A DNA stretch of 56,091 nt, taken from NCBI GenBank assembly GCA_012839215.1, contig DUNV01000061.1, positions 1 through 56,091 of the forward strand, in the 5' to 3' direction. The stretch comes from Bacillota bacterium (lineage in GTDB: Bacteria; Bacillota; Dethiobacteria; DTU022; UBA8154). Positions 48,619-56,091 of this stretch are shown here, in pieces. How positions within the stretch are numbered: position 1 is the first letter of the stretch; each line of letters opens with the position of its first letter. A program made the translations under genes and the position numbers. The notes under the pieces were generated by a model. It made no database searches, had not been told where the DNA came from, and saw only the letters and a program-made list of their open reading frames with translations.

Positions 48619-49800
48619 ATGATCAAGGAAATTTATCTCGATAATAGCGCCACCACGAAATTAGATCCCTCTGTCATGGAGGAGGCAGCCCGCGCAGCCA
48701 GGGAAGCTTATGGCAACCCTTCTTCCCTGCACCGCAAGGGAAGAGAAGGTGAAAGGGTGCTGACCGCTTCGCGCAAAACGCTGGCCGATCTACTCGGCGT
48801 GCGGGAAGGGGAAATCATCTTTACCTCCGGTGGGACGGAGTCCAATAACCTGGCCATCCTGGGTATCGCCAGGCGTTACCGGAGAAGGGGCAACCACCTC
48901 ATTACGACAGCAATAGAACACTCCTCGGTCCTGCGGCCTATTCAATTGCTGGAAGAAGAGGGGTTTGAGGTTAGTTACCTTTTACCGGATTCCAAAGGTC
49001 TCATCGGTGCGCGGGAGGTCCTGGAAGCAATCAAACCGGAAACAATCCTGGTAAGTGTCATGCATATCAATAATGAGGTGGGCTCTCGGCAGCCCATCGC
49101 CGAAATTTCTGCAGACCTCAAAGGAAAAAAACCCGATCTTCTTTTCCATGTGGATGCTGTGCAGTCCTTTGGCAAGGTTCCCCTGCCACCGGGCCTGGAG
49201 GGAATTGATGCCCTCAGCATCAGCGCCCATAAGTTCCATGGGCCCAGGGGAACAGGTGCTCTTTTTCTACGGGAAGGGGTGCAGGTAAAACCATTGCTCC
49301 TCGGTGGGGGGCACGAAAGGGGCCTGCGATCGGGAACAGAAAACACACCGGGCATTGCCGGCATGGCACTGGCCGCCAAGCAAAGTTTTGAGGGAATGGG
49401 ACAAAAAGCGGCAGAACTACAGGAAATGAAAAAACGGCTGCTAACCTCTTTAAAGACCAAACACCCCTGGATCAAAATTAATGGCCCGGAGATCGGGGAA
49501 AAAAAAGGCGCGCCCCATATCGTCAACATTTCTTTTCCTGGCCTTCAGGGGGAAGTTATCGTCCATGCCCTGGAAGAACACGGCATCTACGTTTCCACAG
49601 GTTCGGCCTGCCACTCTGGCGATACGGGAGGCAGCCATGTCCTGCAGGCGATGCGCCTCAGCCCGGAAGAAATAGCCGGAGCCATCCGCATCAGCCTTTC
49701 CCGGCACACCACGCCCGAAGAAATTGAAAATGCTATAGAAATAATCCATGAAACCATCTCCTGGCTAAAACAACTGCATGAAAAAATGGGCAAAGCCTAG
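48619..49800 (+). CDS. Cysteine desulfurase (NifS/NifZ type)
   Basis: Contains MIKEIYLDNSATT, SISAHKFHGPRG (PLP Lys) and the catalytic loop STGSACHSG. SD GTGAGGT 7 nt upstream. Confidence 0.9.
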   Translation: MIKEIYLDNSATTKLDPSVMEEAARAAREAYGNPSSLHRKGREGERVLTASRKTLADLLGVREGEIIFTSGGTESNNLAILGIARRYRRRGNHLITTAIEHSSVLRPIQLLEEEGFEVSYLLPDSKGLIGAREVLEAIKPETILVSVMHINNEVGSRQPIAEISADLKGKKPDLLFHVDAVQSFGKVPLPPGLEGIDALSISAHKFHGPRGTGALFLREGVQVKPLLLGGGHERGLRSGTENTPGIAGMALAAKQSFEGMGQKAAELQEMKKRLLTSLKTKHPWIKINGPEIGEKKGAPHIVNISFPGLQGEVIVHALEEHGIYVSTGSACHSGDTGGSHVLQAMRLSPEEIAGAIRISLSRHTTPEEIENAIEIIHETISWLKQLHEKMGKA

Positions 49801-49935
49801 GCGGCTGCTACCCTTCTATTTACGAGAACATCAAACTGAGAGGTTGCCAACTCCACTTTTTGAACTAAATGTGTACATTTGACGCAGCATCTACCCACCC
49901 TGAGTCTATAATTTGCTGTACCACCGGCAACATTT

Positions 49936-50133
49936 TCACGCCTCCCAATGGGAGCAAATTTTATGAATTCCCGGGTGCAGCTCAATGCTTGAACCGATGG
50001 CTTTATCAATCACCGTAAGAATGTTTTTATCCTTGCAGTTTGAATCCTTGTATTTTTCCACCAGCATGAGAACATAGTCGATGTTTACCTCTATCTGCCG
50101 GATTAGCCCACTCCCAAAGGTAATTCTGGATAA
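49936..50133 (-). pseudogene. hsdR: Remnant of a type I restriction enzyme R subunit (HsdR C-terminal region)
   Basis: The minus frame reads LSRITFGSGLIRQIEVNIDYVLMLVEKYKDSNCKDKNILTVIDKAIGSSIEL, then breaks. This matches my recollection of the EcoR124-type HsdR C-terminal domain. There is no N-terminal helicase/nuclease part, and the frame shifts near 49965-49975 into track ORF 49797..50009. Confidence 0.5.
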
Positions 50134-50230
50134 TTAGGCTGCCCATTGGATAAATTTTCGTGTATAATAAAAGGTAGACAATTAAGTTAATTTATTCCCC
50201 CAACTAATAAAGAATGTAGGGTGTCAGGAC

Positions 50231-51589
50231 ATGCCAAGATCTTTTAAATATTTTAGGTTAGTTTTCATTCTTTTTTGCCTGGTGTTTTTTTGCACCGGCA
50301 ATTGCCACCCGGCCCATGCCGCAAGGACAATTTTTAGCGTTGATTCATATGATTGGGCACCGCTTGGTTCCACTGTTACTGTTGATATCTACGTTGAGGA
50401 TCCCCGGCAGCTTTATGGATGCAGCTTTGAATTACATTATGATGAGAATATCGTCCGCGCCGTTAGCGTGGAAAAAGGCAATCTCCTTTTTGCTGAAGGC
50501 CATAGATTAAATGCTGATTTAAACAGGGCCGATGGGGGTATCATATCGATCTATTGGAACAACGTATACAATAATCCTGTTCCCTATGATGGACAACTTT
50601 TCCGCATTTCTTTTAGGGTTTTAAACGAGGGAGGAACCACGCTAACCCTGCGGGGCCTAAATCCGTTGGAAAAATACAGCAACGGGGCAAGCCCGGAGAT
50701 CCGGAATGGTTTCATCAACACATCAGCTACCGGAAACACCTCCCTGGGGATTAACACTGGCTCTTACCTGCCTGGTGCTATTCGCCAGATCTGGTATTCC
50801 ACAACCTTGTCGGCCAAGGGGGGCCGGACCCCCTATACCTGGTCGCGGACAAGTGGAAGCCTGCCACCGGGGCTAACCCTTGACAGCGATGGGACAATTT
50901 CGGGAACTCCTATTTCCACGGGCACCTATAGCATCACAATACGCCTCAGCGATGATAACGGCCACCAGATAAGCAGGACCTTTTATCTGACCGTACATGA
51001 CACCGGGGAAATTCCCTTGGCCATTACCAGCTACGCCACGCTAGATCGGGGAAGAAAAGGCAGTTCCTATACAGCCACCCTGTCGGCCAGAGGGGGCAAC
51101 ACACCCTATAGCTGGTCAAGAACAAGTGGGAGCCTACCCCCGGGCCTGACCCTGAACAGCCGCGGGGTAATTTCCGGGACCCCCACTGCCACGGGCACCT
51201 ACACCTTTACCGCACGCGTCACGGATGATAATAACGCCCGCCAGGAGGAGCAATTTCTACTCACTATTTTGGATACGGATACAGATTACCTTACCTCTGA
51301 TGAGGACCTTTTCAAAGTACTGCATATAACACGCAGCACCATGAAACTGGATCTTAGGCCGGATAATATGCCTTATACTATGCTTGTAAACAACGATGTA
51401 AACTGGATCAACCTTTCAATTGTCCCCCATCATCCTTCGGATTGGCTGCGCATCAACGGAACCTCTTATTACAGGGGATCCCTGCGGACAGTACCTCTCA
51501 GCAAGGGTACAAACCAGATCACCATTGGCATTTCTTCAACCGGGAACAATTATCATAATTACAGCCTGACCATTTATCGCCTGCCATAG
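50231..51589 (+). CDS. Secreted protein: cohesin-like domain, 2 He_PIG Ig-like domains and a cadherin-like beta-sandwich
   Basis: Signal peptide ending AHA. Cohesin pattern (GSTVTVDIYVEDPRQLYGCSFELHYDENIV). Two copies of ...TLSA.GG.TPY.WSRTSGSLPPGLTL.S.G.ISGTP...GTY. The C-terminal segment ends ...NQITIGISSTGNNYHNYSLTIYR. Confidence 0.75.
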   Translation: MPRSFKYFRLVFILFCLVFFCTGNCHPAHAARTIFSVDSYDWAPLGSTVTVDIYVEDPRQLYGCSFELHYDENIVRAVSVEKGNLLFAEGHRLNADLNRADGGIISIYWNNVYNNPVPYDGQLFRISFRVLNEGGTTLTLRGLNPLEKYSNGASPEIRNGFINTSATGNTSLGINTGSYLPGAIRQIWYSTTLSAKGGRTPYTWSRTSGSLPPGLTLDSDGTISGTPISTGTYSITIRLSDDNGHQISRTFYLTVHDTGEIPLAITSYATLDRGRKGSSYTATLSARGGNTPYSWSRTSGSLPPGLTLNSRGVISGTPTATGTYTFTARVTDDNNARQEEQFLLTILDTDTDYLTSDEDLFKVLHITRSTMKLDLRPDNMPYTMLVNNDVNWINLSIVPHHPSDWLRINGTSYYRGSLRTVPLSKGTNQITIGISSTGNNYHNYSLTIYRLP

Positions 51590-51630
51590 TTTTCCACACC
51601 TAGCCCTTAAAATTGCGGAGGAGGACGAAG

Positions 51631-53904
51631 ATGCCCATGCCGGAATCGAAAACAATCAATAAAATAAATAATCCTTTTAATAAGAAAAACAGAAATAGAA
51701 ACGGTGAAAGTTTTCCCATTCTACCGTTTTCGTTGCTATTATCGTTGTTGCTGTTGACCTTTGCCGCCTTTTCCCTCTGCCCGGCCATACAAACAGCACA
51801 GGCACAGGAAGTCGTCCATTTTTCCGATCGCCAACTGGAAGCAGCAGTTCGTCAGACACTAGATCGCCCAACAGGCATTCTGTCAGGCGCTGATCTTTCC
51901 CGCCTGCAAACGCTCAATGCTTCCCGGCAGGACATCACCGATCTTTCCGGGTTGGAGTATGCTGTCAATCTGCAAAACCTCAACCTTTATGAAAACAACG
52001 TGCAAAATTTGGCCCCCCTGGAGGGCCTCACCCGCCTGCAAATTTTGGATCTGGCCGGCAACAACATCGCCGGGATCAGTTCCCTGCAAAGGCTTACAGC
52101 ACTGGAGGAATTAAACCTCAGCCATAACAACCTTGGAAATATTGACGCCCTAAAAAATCTATCGCGCCTCAAAACGCTCCGGCTCGAAGGAAATCAAATC
52201 GGCACACTCGCCCCACTGGAGCCTTTACGCAACTTGCAAAGCCTTGCCCTAAGCGGCAACATAACGGACAAGAACGCCGCATCCCTCGCCCGGCTCACCA
52301 GGCTTGAACATCTGTCGATGACAGGAGGGCAGCTCAGCGATGGTACTTTTTTGTCCAATTTAAAGCAGTTGAAAACACTTGAGCTAGAGGACAACCGCAT
52401 TGCCAAAATCGATCCCCTCAAGGGCCTTTCGCGGCTGGAACAACTTTCCCTGGCAGGCAATCAGATAGAAGATCTTACACCCCTTAGTGGGCTGCGCCAA
52501 CTGAGGCAGTTGGACCTCAGTAATAACAGGATACGCGAAATAACCCCTCTTCTCAGGCTGCGCAATATCCAGTGGCTGGAGTTGCAAAACAATTTTCTGG
52601 AGCTGGCGGAAGGCAAACAGGCCCGCAAGGATGTAGATAAGCTATTAGAAACAGGCACAGAGGTCATCACCAACCCCCAAAAATTGCCGCTGTACCGTGG
52701 CAACGGACTCATCGTAGCAGCGGAGGGCTCCGGGGGTAAACTTTTGCGCACCCCCATAGAGAATTATTTTACCATACTCAACCGGAACGCCGGTTGGAGA
52801 ATCAAAGGTTTTACTGTAACGCACGAAGGAGGCAAACCCTTGGACCGCCTAGGCGAAGTGGGCCTCCGGACCACCGGCCTCCGGGGCACCAGCTCTTTCG
52901 CCTGGCAATCTATCAACCATGACAACAGCGTTGGCAATAAGGATACAGATTTTTTTACAATTACGTATCGCCAGTCCGGACCTGTCCAAATCGGGCTGGC
53001 CATGCAGATTTGGCCCGGTTACGCCGACGATTCTGAGCGGGCCTTCTATATATCCCAAGTCATTTTGGAAAATGTGGAGACGAAAGATCTTTATACCGTA
53101 GAATTGGAACGAACCCCGCCATTACAAAGCAACCAGGGTTCATCCCAAACAGACAGTGCCCTGCTGGATTTTCAGGAACAATCATCCCGCAACAAGGCAG
53201 CACTAAGGCGAGCCCTCGCCGGGGCCCTGGAACAGAGAGCCACCACGCTGGAAGTGCGCTATAGCGGCGAAACACTGCAGATGCCCAGGGAACTTGAAAA
53301 TATGTTGGAAGAGATCCTCGCTGAAGATGACTATTTACATTACTCCCAAAGCAGCCAAAAGATCAGCTGGGCAAAGCAACCTGGCGGGGAACTGCTCCTG
53401 GACTTCCGTTTCAACTATTTAGCCACCCGGGAGGAAGAAAATATCGTTAATTCCCAAGTAGACCGCATCCTCAAGGAAATCATTAAACCAGAAATGGATA
53501 AACACCAAAAAACAAGGGCCATACACGACTTTATCGTTGCCAACGTAGCCTATGACCTAAGTTACCGTGAACACTCGTCCTACTCTGCCCTTATCAAGGG
53601 CCGGGCCGTCTGTCAGGGCTATGCCCTGCTGATGTATAAAATGCTGCAGGGGGCAGGCATAGAAGTGCGAATTATTTCCGGCAGGGCAGGCGGGGAAGAA
53701 CATGCTTGGAACTTGGTCAGGCTGGACGGGAACTGGTACCATATTGACGCCACCTGGGATGATCCCGTACCCGATACCCCCGGAAGGATCCTTTATGATT
53801 ACTACAACCGCACCGATGCACAGATGGCAGCCACCCACACCTGGGAACGGGGCCTCTACCCGGCAGCACAAACAGCCTATCCACAAGAAAGACTGCCGCA
53901 ATAA
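51631..53904 (+). CDS. Secreted leucine-rich-repeat protein with a C-terminal transglutaminase-like Cys protease core
   Basis: SD GGAGGAGG before the ATG at 51631. Signal peptide ending AQA. About 10 LRRs of 22 aa (LxxLxLxxNxIxxIxxL). The C-terminal AVCQGYALLMY...EEHAWNLVRLDGNWYHIDATWDDP provides the Cys-His-Asp triad. Confidence 0.8.
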   Translation: MPMPESKTINKINNPFNKKNRNRNGESFPILPFSLLLSLLLLTFAAFSLCPAIQTAQAQEVVHFSDRQLEAAVRQTLDRPTGILSGADLSRLQTLNASRQDITDLSGLEYAVNLQNLNLYENNVQNLAPLEGLTRLQILDLAGNNIAGISSLQRLTALEELNLSHNNLGNIDALKNLSRLKTLRLEGNQIGTLAPLEPLRNLQSLALSGNITDKNAASLARLTRLEHLSMTGGQLSDGTFLSNLKQLKTLELEDNRIAKIDPLKGLSRLEQLSLAGNQIEDLTPLSGLRQLRQLDLSNNRIREITPLLRLRNIQWLELQNNFLELAEGKQARKDVDKLLETGTEVITNPQKLPLYRGNGLIVAAEGSGGKLLRTPIENYFTILNRNAGWRIKGFTVTHEGGKPLDRLGEVGLRTTGLRGTSSFAWQSINHDNSVGNKDTDFFTITYRQSGPVQIGLAMQIWPGYADDSERAFYISQVILENVETKDLYTVELERTPPLQSNQGSSQTDSALLDFQEQSSRNKAALRRALAGALEQRATTLEVRYSGETLQMPRELENMLEEILAEDDYLHYSQSSQKISWAKQPGGELLLDFRFNYLATREEENIVNSQVDRILKEIIKPEMDKHQKTRAIHDFIVANVAYDLSYREHSSYSALIKGRAVCQGYALLMYKMLQGAGIEVRIISGRAGGEEHAWNLVRLDGNWYHIDATWDDPVPDTPGRILYDYYNRTDAQMAATHTWERGLYPAAQTAYPQERLPQ

Positions 53905-53997
53905 CCCCTGGATTACCAAACAGAAACTAAATATTCCCGTCCAAGTAATCATAGGCATCACCTCCCCTACAAGGGAAAGTGACTAACCGCCAAACGG

Positions 53998-54021
53998 CAA
54001 CCCTCAAATTATTATAGCACA
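53998..54021. repeat. Direct repeat, copy 1 (caaccctcaaattattatagcaca)
   Basis: 24 of 25 positions identical to copy 2 at 54180-54204. The minus strand of the repeat reads TGTGCTATAAT, an extended -10. Confidence 0.8.
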
Positions 54022-54063
54022 AAAATTATCGCCTTCATCGTTTTCTGGGACGCCCCCAGGCAG

Positions 54064-54092
54064 TTGACGAATAATTCTGAGCGTGATATCAT
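54064..54092 (+). promoter_or_regulatory. Sigma-A promoter with extended -10
   Basis: TTGACG (54064-54069), a 17-nt spacer containing TGa, then TATCAT (54087-54092). Confidence 0.45.
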
Positions 54093-54098
54093 ATAATT

Positions 54099-54180
54099 AA
54101 CAAAAGGAGTTGCCGCTTTTGAACGGGCGGCTAGTCCGAATAAGGTCTAGACCGCCTTAACAGGCGGCCTTGTTATTTTC
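54099..54180 (+). ncRNA. Candidate orphan small RNA (three hairpins; the last is a terminator)
   Basis: H1 is GCCGC(54112-16)/GCGGC(54127-31). H2 is CTAGTCC(54131-37)/GGTCTAG(54144-50) with one mismatch. H3 is CCGCC(54152-56)-TTAACA-GGCGG(54163-67), followed by CCTTGTTATTTTC. No downstream plus-strand gene exists. I recognise no family. Confidence 0.3.
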
Positions 54181-54204
54181 AACCCCTCAAATTATTATAG
54201 CACA
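54180..54204. repeat. Direct repeat, copy 2 (caacccctcaaattattatagcaca)
   Basis: See copy 1. It carries one extra C. Confidence 0.8.
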
Positions 54205-54260
54205 TATTTTCGTATATCGGCAGGAGGAAAACATTAAACATCTATCGGTTTTTTCAATGT

Positions 54261-54301
54261 AAAAAATGGAGCGCACCTATCTATAAGGTAGGCAGGCTCC
54301 A
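54261..54301 (-). terminator. Rho-independent terminator of the minus-strand surface-protein genes
   Basis: The minus transcript reads UGGAGC...(partly paired interior)...GCUCCA-UUUUUU. Confidence 0.7.
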
Positions 54302-54340
54302 TAGAAATGCTGACATTTAATATTGGGGAACCGGTTTCCC

Positions 54341-55153
54341 CTAATCATCCCCGGTACTGCTACCACCACCTGACACCGGAAAGTCTTTAATTCCAATAAT
54401 CCCCGCCGCACACTGTGCGATAAGCAAAACATCATAAATCGTTAAATCACCTGGCTCTGCACCCTCGCCACGGCTGACGTTGCCGATATTTTTTTCCTCG
54501 GGAGTTAAACTTTTCTCCCCGATGACTGCACTCATAGCTATCACAGCATCAGCCACAGTAACTGATCCCGAATAATTCAGGTCCCCGTAGATTATTTTTA
54601 TATCTATTATCCCGCTCTCCACACTAGCAATGTTTATTGTATGTCCGCTGACATCAAAAGCTACAATATCTGTTATTTCAAATTCAAAGGGCCTTGAACC
54701 TTCCGACTTGTTATGCGTAAAGATGATATTGGCCAGTTGTAGTTGTAGTTGTTCGCCATTTTTCGGTTTTACAACGCATTGCTCTGCACCATCCTTAAGC
54801 ACATAAATACCCACATTAGCAGAAACTCCGTTTTTGGAAATATAGTAATCCATTTGCGTTTCTTTTGATAAACCTTTACCGGCAGTAATATCCGTTATTT
54901 TTACAGCATACCCTGCCTTGGGTATAACCTTAAATGATAGGGCAGCCACGGAGTCAAAGCCCTCAACTTCTATGGCTACCTTGACTTCCTTGTTCAGCCA
55001 CTGTACTTTCGATATTTCTATTTTTTCCTTCCCATCTGCAGCTTCAACCGTATTTGGCCCAGCCATGATGCCAGCTAACAAAAAATTTAGCAAACATAAA
55101 ATGAGAAAAACTGCTAAGGCCTTTTTCCCTAGGAAAATATATGCATGCTTCAT
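54341..55153 (-). CDS. Secreted protein with a cohesin-like domain and a C-terminal dockerin-like module
   Basis: SD AGGAGG 10 nt before the ATG at 55151-55153. Signal peptide ending VEA. A beta-rich cohesin-like region is followed by GDLNYSGSVTVADAVIAMSAVIG...GDLTIYDVLLIAQCAAG, two EF-hand-like dockerin segments of which the second is degenerate. Confidence 0.7.
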   Translation of the reverse strand: MKHAYIFLGKKALAVFLILCLLNFLLAGIMAGPNTVEAADGKEKIEISKVQWLNKEVKVAIEVEGFDSVAALSFKVIPKAGYAVKITDITAGKGLSKETQMDYYISKNGVSANVGIYVLKDGAEQCVVKPKNGEQLQLQLANIIFTHNKSEGSRPFEFEITDIVAFDVSGHTINIASVESGIIDIKIIYGDLNYSGSVTVADAVIAMSAVIGEKSLTPEEKNIGNVSRGEGAEPGDLTIYDVLLIAQCAAGIIGIKDFPVSGGGSSTGDD

Positions 55154-55182
55154 CAATAGCCTACCTCCTGTGATTAAAAAAT

Positions 55183-56091
55183 TTATTCTGTCATCGGCAG
55201 CACCGTAACAGCACAAACGGCAACATATTCCCCTTCTTCTGTGGTGGCACTGATAATAGTGTTTCCTTCCTTTAAAGGAGCTACAATTCCGCGCCCAACA
55301 GCATTTTTATATACCGTGGCTACACCAGTCTGGCTTGATTTCCAGCTAATACTTTTATTTGTGGCCATCTCTGGGCTGACATAGGCTGTTAAAATCCTCG
55401 GCGTGCTGCCTGCCACAAGCGTTAAAGTAGTAGCACTTAGACTAATCCCTGTAACAGGAGTATGGCCCTGCTTGACCGTTACCTTGCAGGTGTCCACATA
55501 GCCACCCTCCTCTGTGGCGGCAATAATAATAGCCGTTCCGGGGTTGACAGCCGAAATGACAGCTTCACCTTCGCCAGAGCCATAAACACCAGCAACAGAG
55601 GGAAAAGTAGAGTTCCAAATAATATTCCTGTTGATGGCATTTTCCGGAAACACTGTGGCTGCAATTGTTTCCGTTTCGCCCTCTTCCAGAAACAGTTCCC
55701 TGGTCTCCAGAGAAATTCCGCTGGCCGAAGCCAAAGAAATATTGATCACCTGCTGCCCGGCATCCCAATCGACCTCTGCCCCCAGGCTTTCGGCGAAAAA
55801 CCAGGCGGGTACCATGGTCGTACCCTTGATAAGCTGCGGCGCCACGTTGAGAATAACCTTTTCATCGTTGACAACGGCTATCCCATTATCAAGCTGAAGA
55901 TCCACTTTAATATTGCCCCTAGTGGCGGAAACTGTATTAGTTTCCTTTTCCCAGGAGATAACTGCACCCAGAAATTCATAAATAGGACGAAAGGGCAGCA
56001 TCGTTGTGTTCCCAAGACGGATCGGGGCTTGGGGCAGGGAAAGAAATTTGTCGTTAATCTTCACCCTGATTCCCCCTTCCGCTCCCTGAGC
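55183..56091 (-). CDS. Cell-surface protein (5' end outside the window): copper-amine-oxidase N-terminal-like domain plus two Big_2 Ig-like domains
   Basis: The frame stays open to the window edge (AQGAEGGIRVKINDK...). TTMLPFRPIYEFLGAVISWEKETNTV is the Cu_amine_oxidN1 pattern. Two Big_2-like units follow (GISL...L.L.EGET..I.ATV.PE.A.N..I.W.S). Confidence 0.75.
   Translation of the reverse strand, partial: AQGAEGGIRVKINDKFLSLPQAPIRLGNTTMLPFRPIYEFLGAVISWEKETNTVSATRGNIKVDLQLDNGIAVVNDEKVILNVAPQLIKGTTMVPAWFFAESLGAEVDWDAGQQVINISLASASGISLETRELFLEEGETETIAATVFPENAINRNIIWNSTFPSVAGVYGSGEGEAVISAVNPGTAIIIAATEEGGYVDTCKVTVKQGHTPVTGISLSATTLTLVAGSTPRILTAYVSPEMATNKSISWKSSQTGVATVYKNAVGRGIVAPLKEGNTIISATTEEGEYVAVCAVTVLPMTE

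Noticed and set aside
49965-49975. GAATTCCCGGG (overlapping EcoRI and SmaI sites, polylinker-like) exactly at the hsdR frame break, raising the possibility of vector contamination or an engineered junction
   Set aside because: Only about 12 nt resemble common multiple-cloning sites. The flanking sequence on both sides is not vector-like and continues the HsdR-like reading frames. I treat it as coincidence, though it is worth a glance in the raw reads.
50780-51250. Two similar 150-bp segments inside 50231..51589, considered as a DGR template/variable repeat pair
   Set aside because: They are tandem He_PIG domain duplications within one ORF. The differences are not adenine-specific, and no reverse transcriptase or accessory gene is present.
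54125-54140. GGCTAGTCCG, identical to a segment of the Streptococcus pyogenes Cas9 tracrRNA, inside the candidate sRNA
   Set aside because: It is only a 10-nt match. There are no cas genes, no CRISPR repeats and no anti-repeat in the window, so it is most likely coincidence.
54112-54167. Guanidine-II (mini-ykkC) riboswitch, suggested by ACGG in hairpin 1
   Set aside because: mini-ykkC needs two short hairpins, each capped by an ACGR tetraloop. Here the loops are 10 and 6 nt, the second lacks ACGR, and no transporter gene lies downstream.

Overview
Gene content suggests this 56-kb window comes from an anaerobic, spore-forming Firmicute of the Clostridia/Peptococcaceae type; this is inference only. 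About 85% of it is minus-strand housekeeping genes.

The backbone follows the Bacillus-type order. It starts with obg(partial)-rpmA-prp-rplU on the left. It continues from ctsR-mcsA-mcsB-clpC through radA-carD-yacL-ispD-ispF-cysS-thyX-like-rlmB-yacP-sigH-tRNA-Gly.

Between clpC and radA this block is interrupted by about 13 kb:
- an orphan corrinoid Fe-S protein plus methyltransferase cluster (acsC-acsD-acsE)
- yhaM-like, TPR and M23 peptidase genes
- pyrB-C-K-D-F
- an orphan hydrogenase maturation protease
- nfo

Other core genes are ku plus a split ligD (NHEJ), trxB-trxA, a phosphoglucomutase, and nfu-thiI-nifS.

There are two accessory stretches. The first (3.3-7.7 kb) holds:
- a degenerate Zn-ribbon gene
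- a peroxiredoxin whose peroxidatic Cys codon is an in-frame UGA followed by a SECIS-like hairpin; this PrxU-type selenoprotein is split into two ORFs in the track
- a heptad-repeat protein built from 21-bp tandem repeats
- a self-contained lipobox micro-ORF that ends in UGA
- a nucleotidyltransferase fused to a degenerate phosphohexomutase-like domain

The second (49.8-56.1 kb) holds an hsdR remnant and a secreted cohesin / dockerin / He_PIG / LRR-transglutaminase / Big_2 protein island. It also contains an orphan promoter-hairpin-terminator unit flanked by roughly 24-bp direct repeats.

I saw no CRISPR array, rRNA, intact transposase or recognisable complete defence system. No single clearly novel multigene system is demonstrable from sequence alone. 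The best candidates for follow-up are the UGA-recoding signals, the surface-protein island and the orphan RNA unit.
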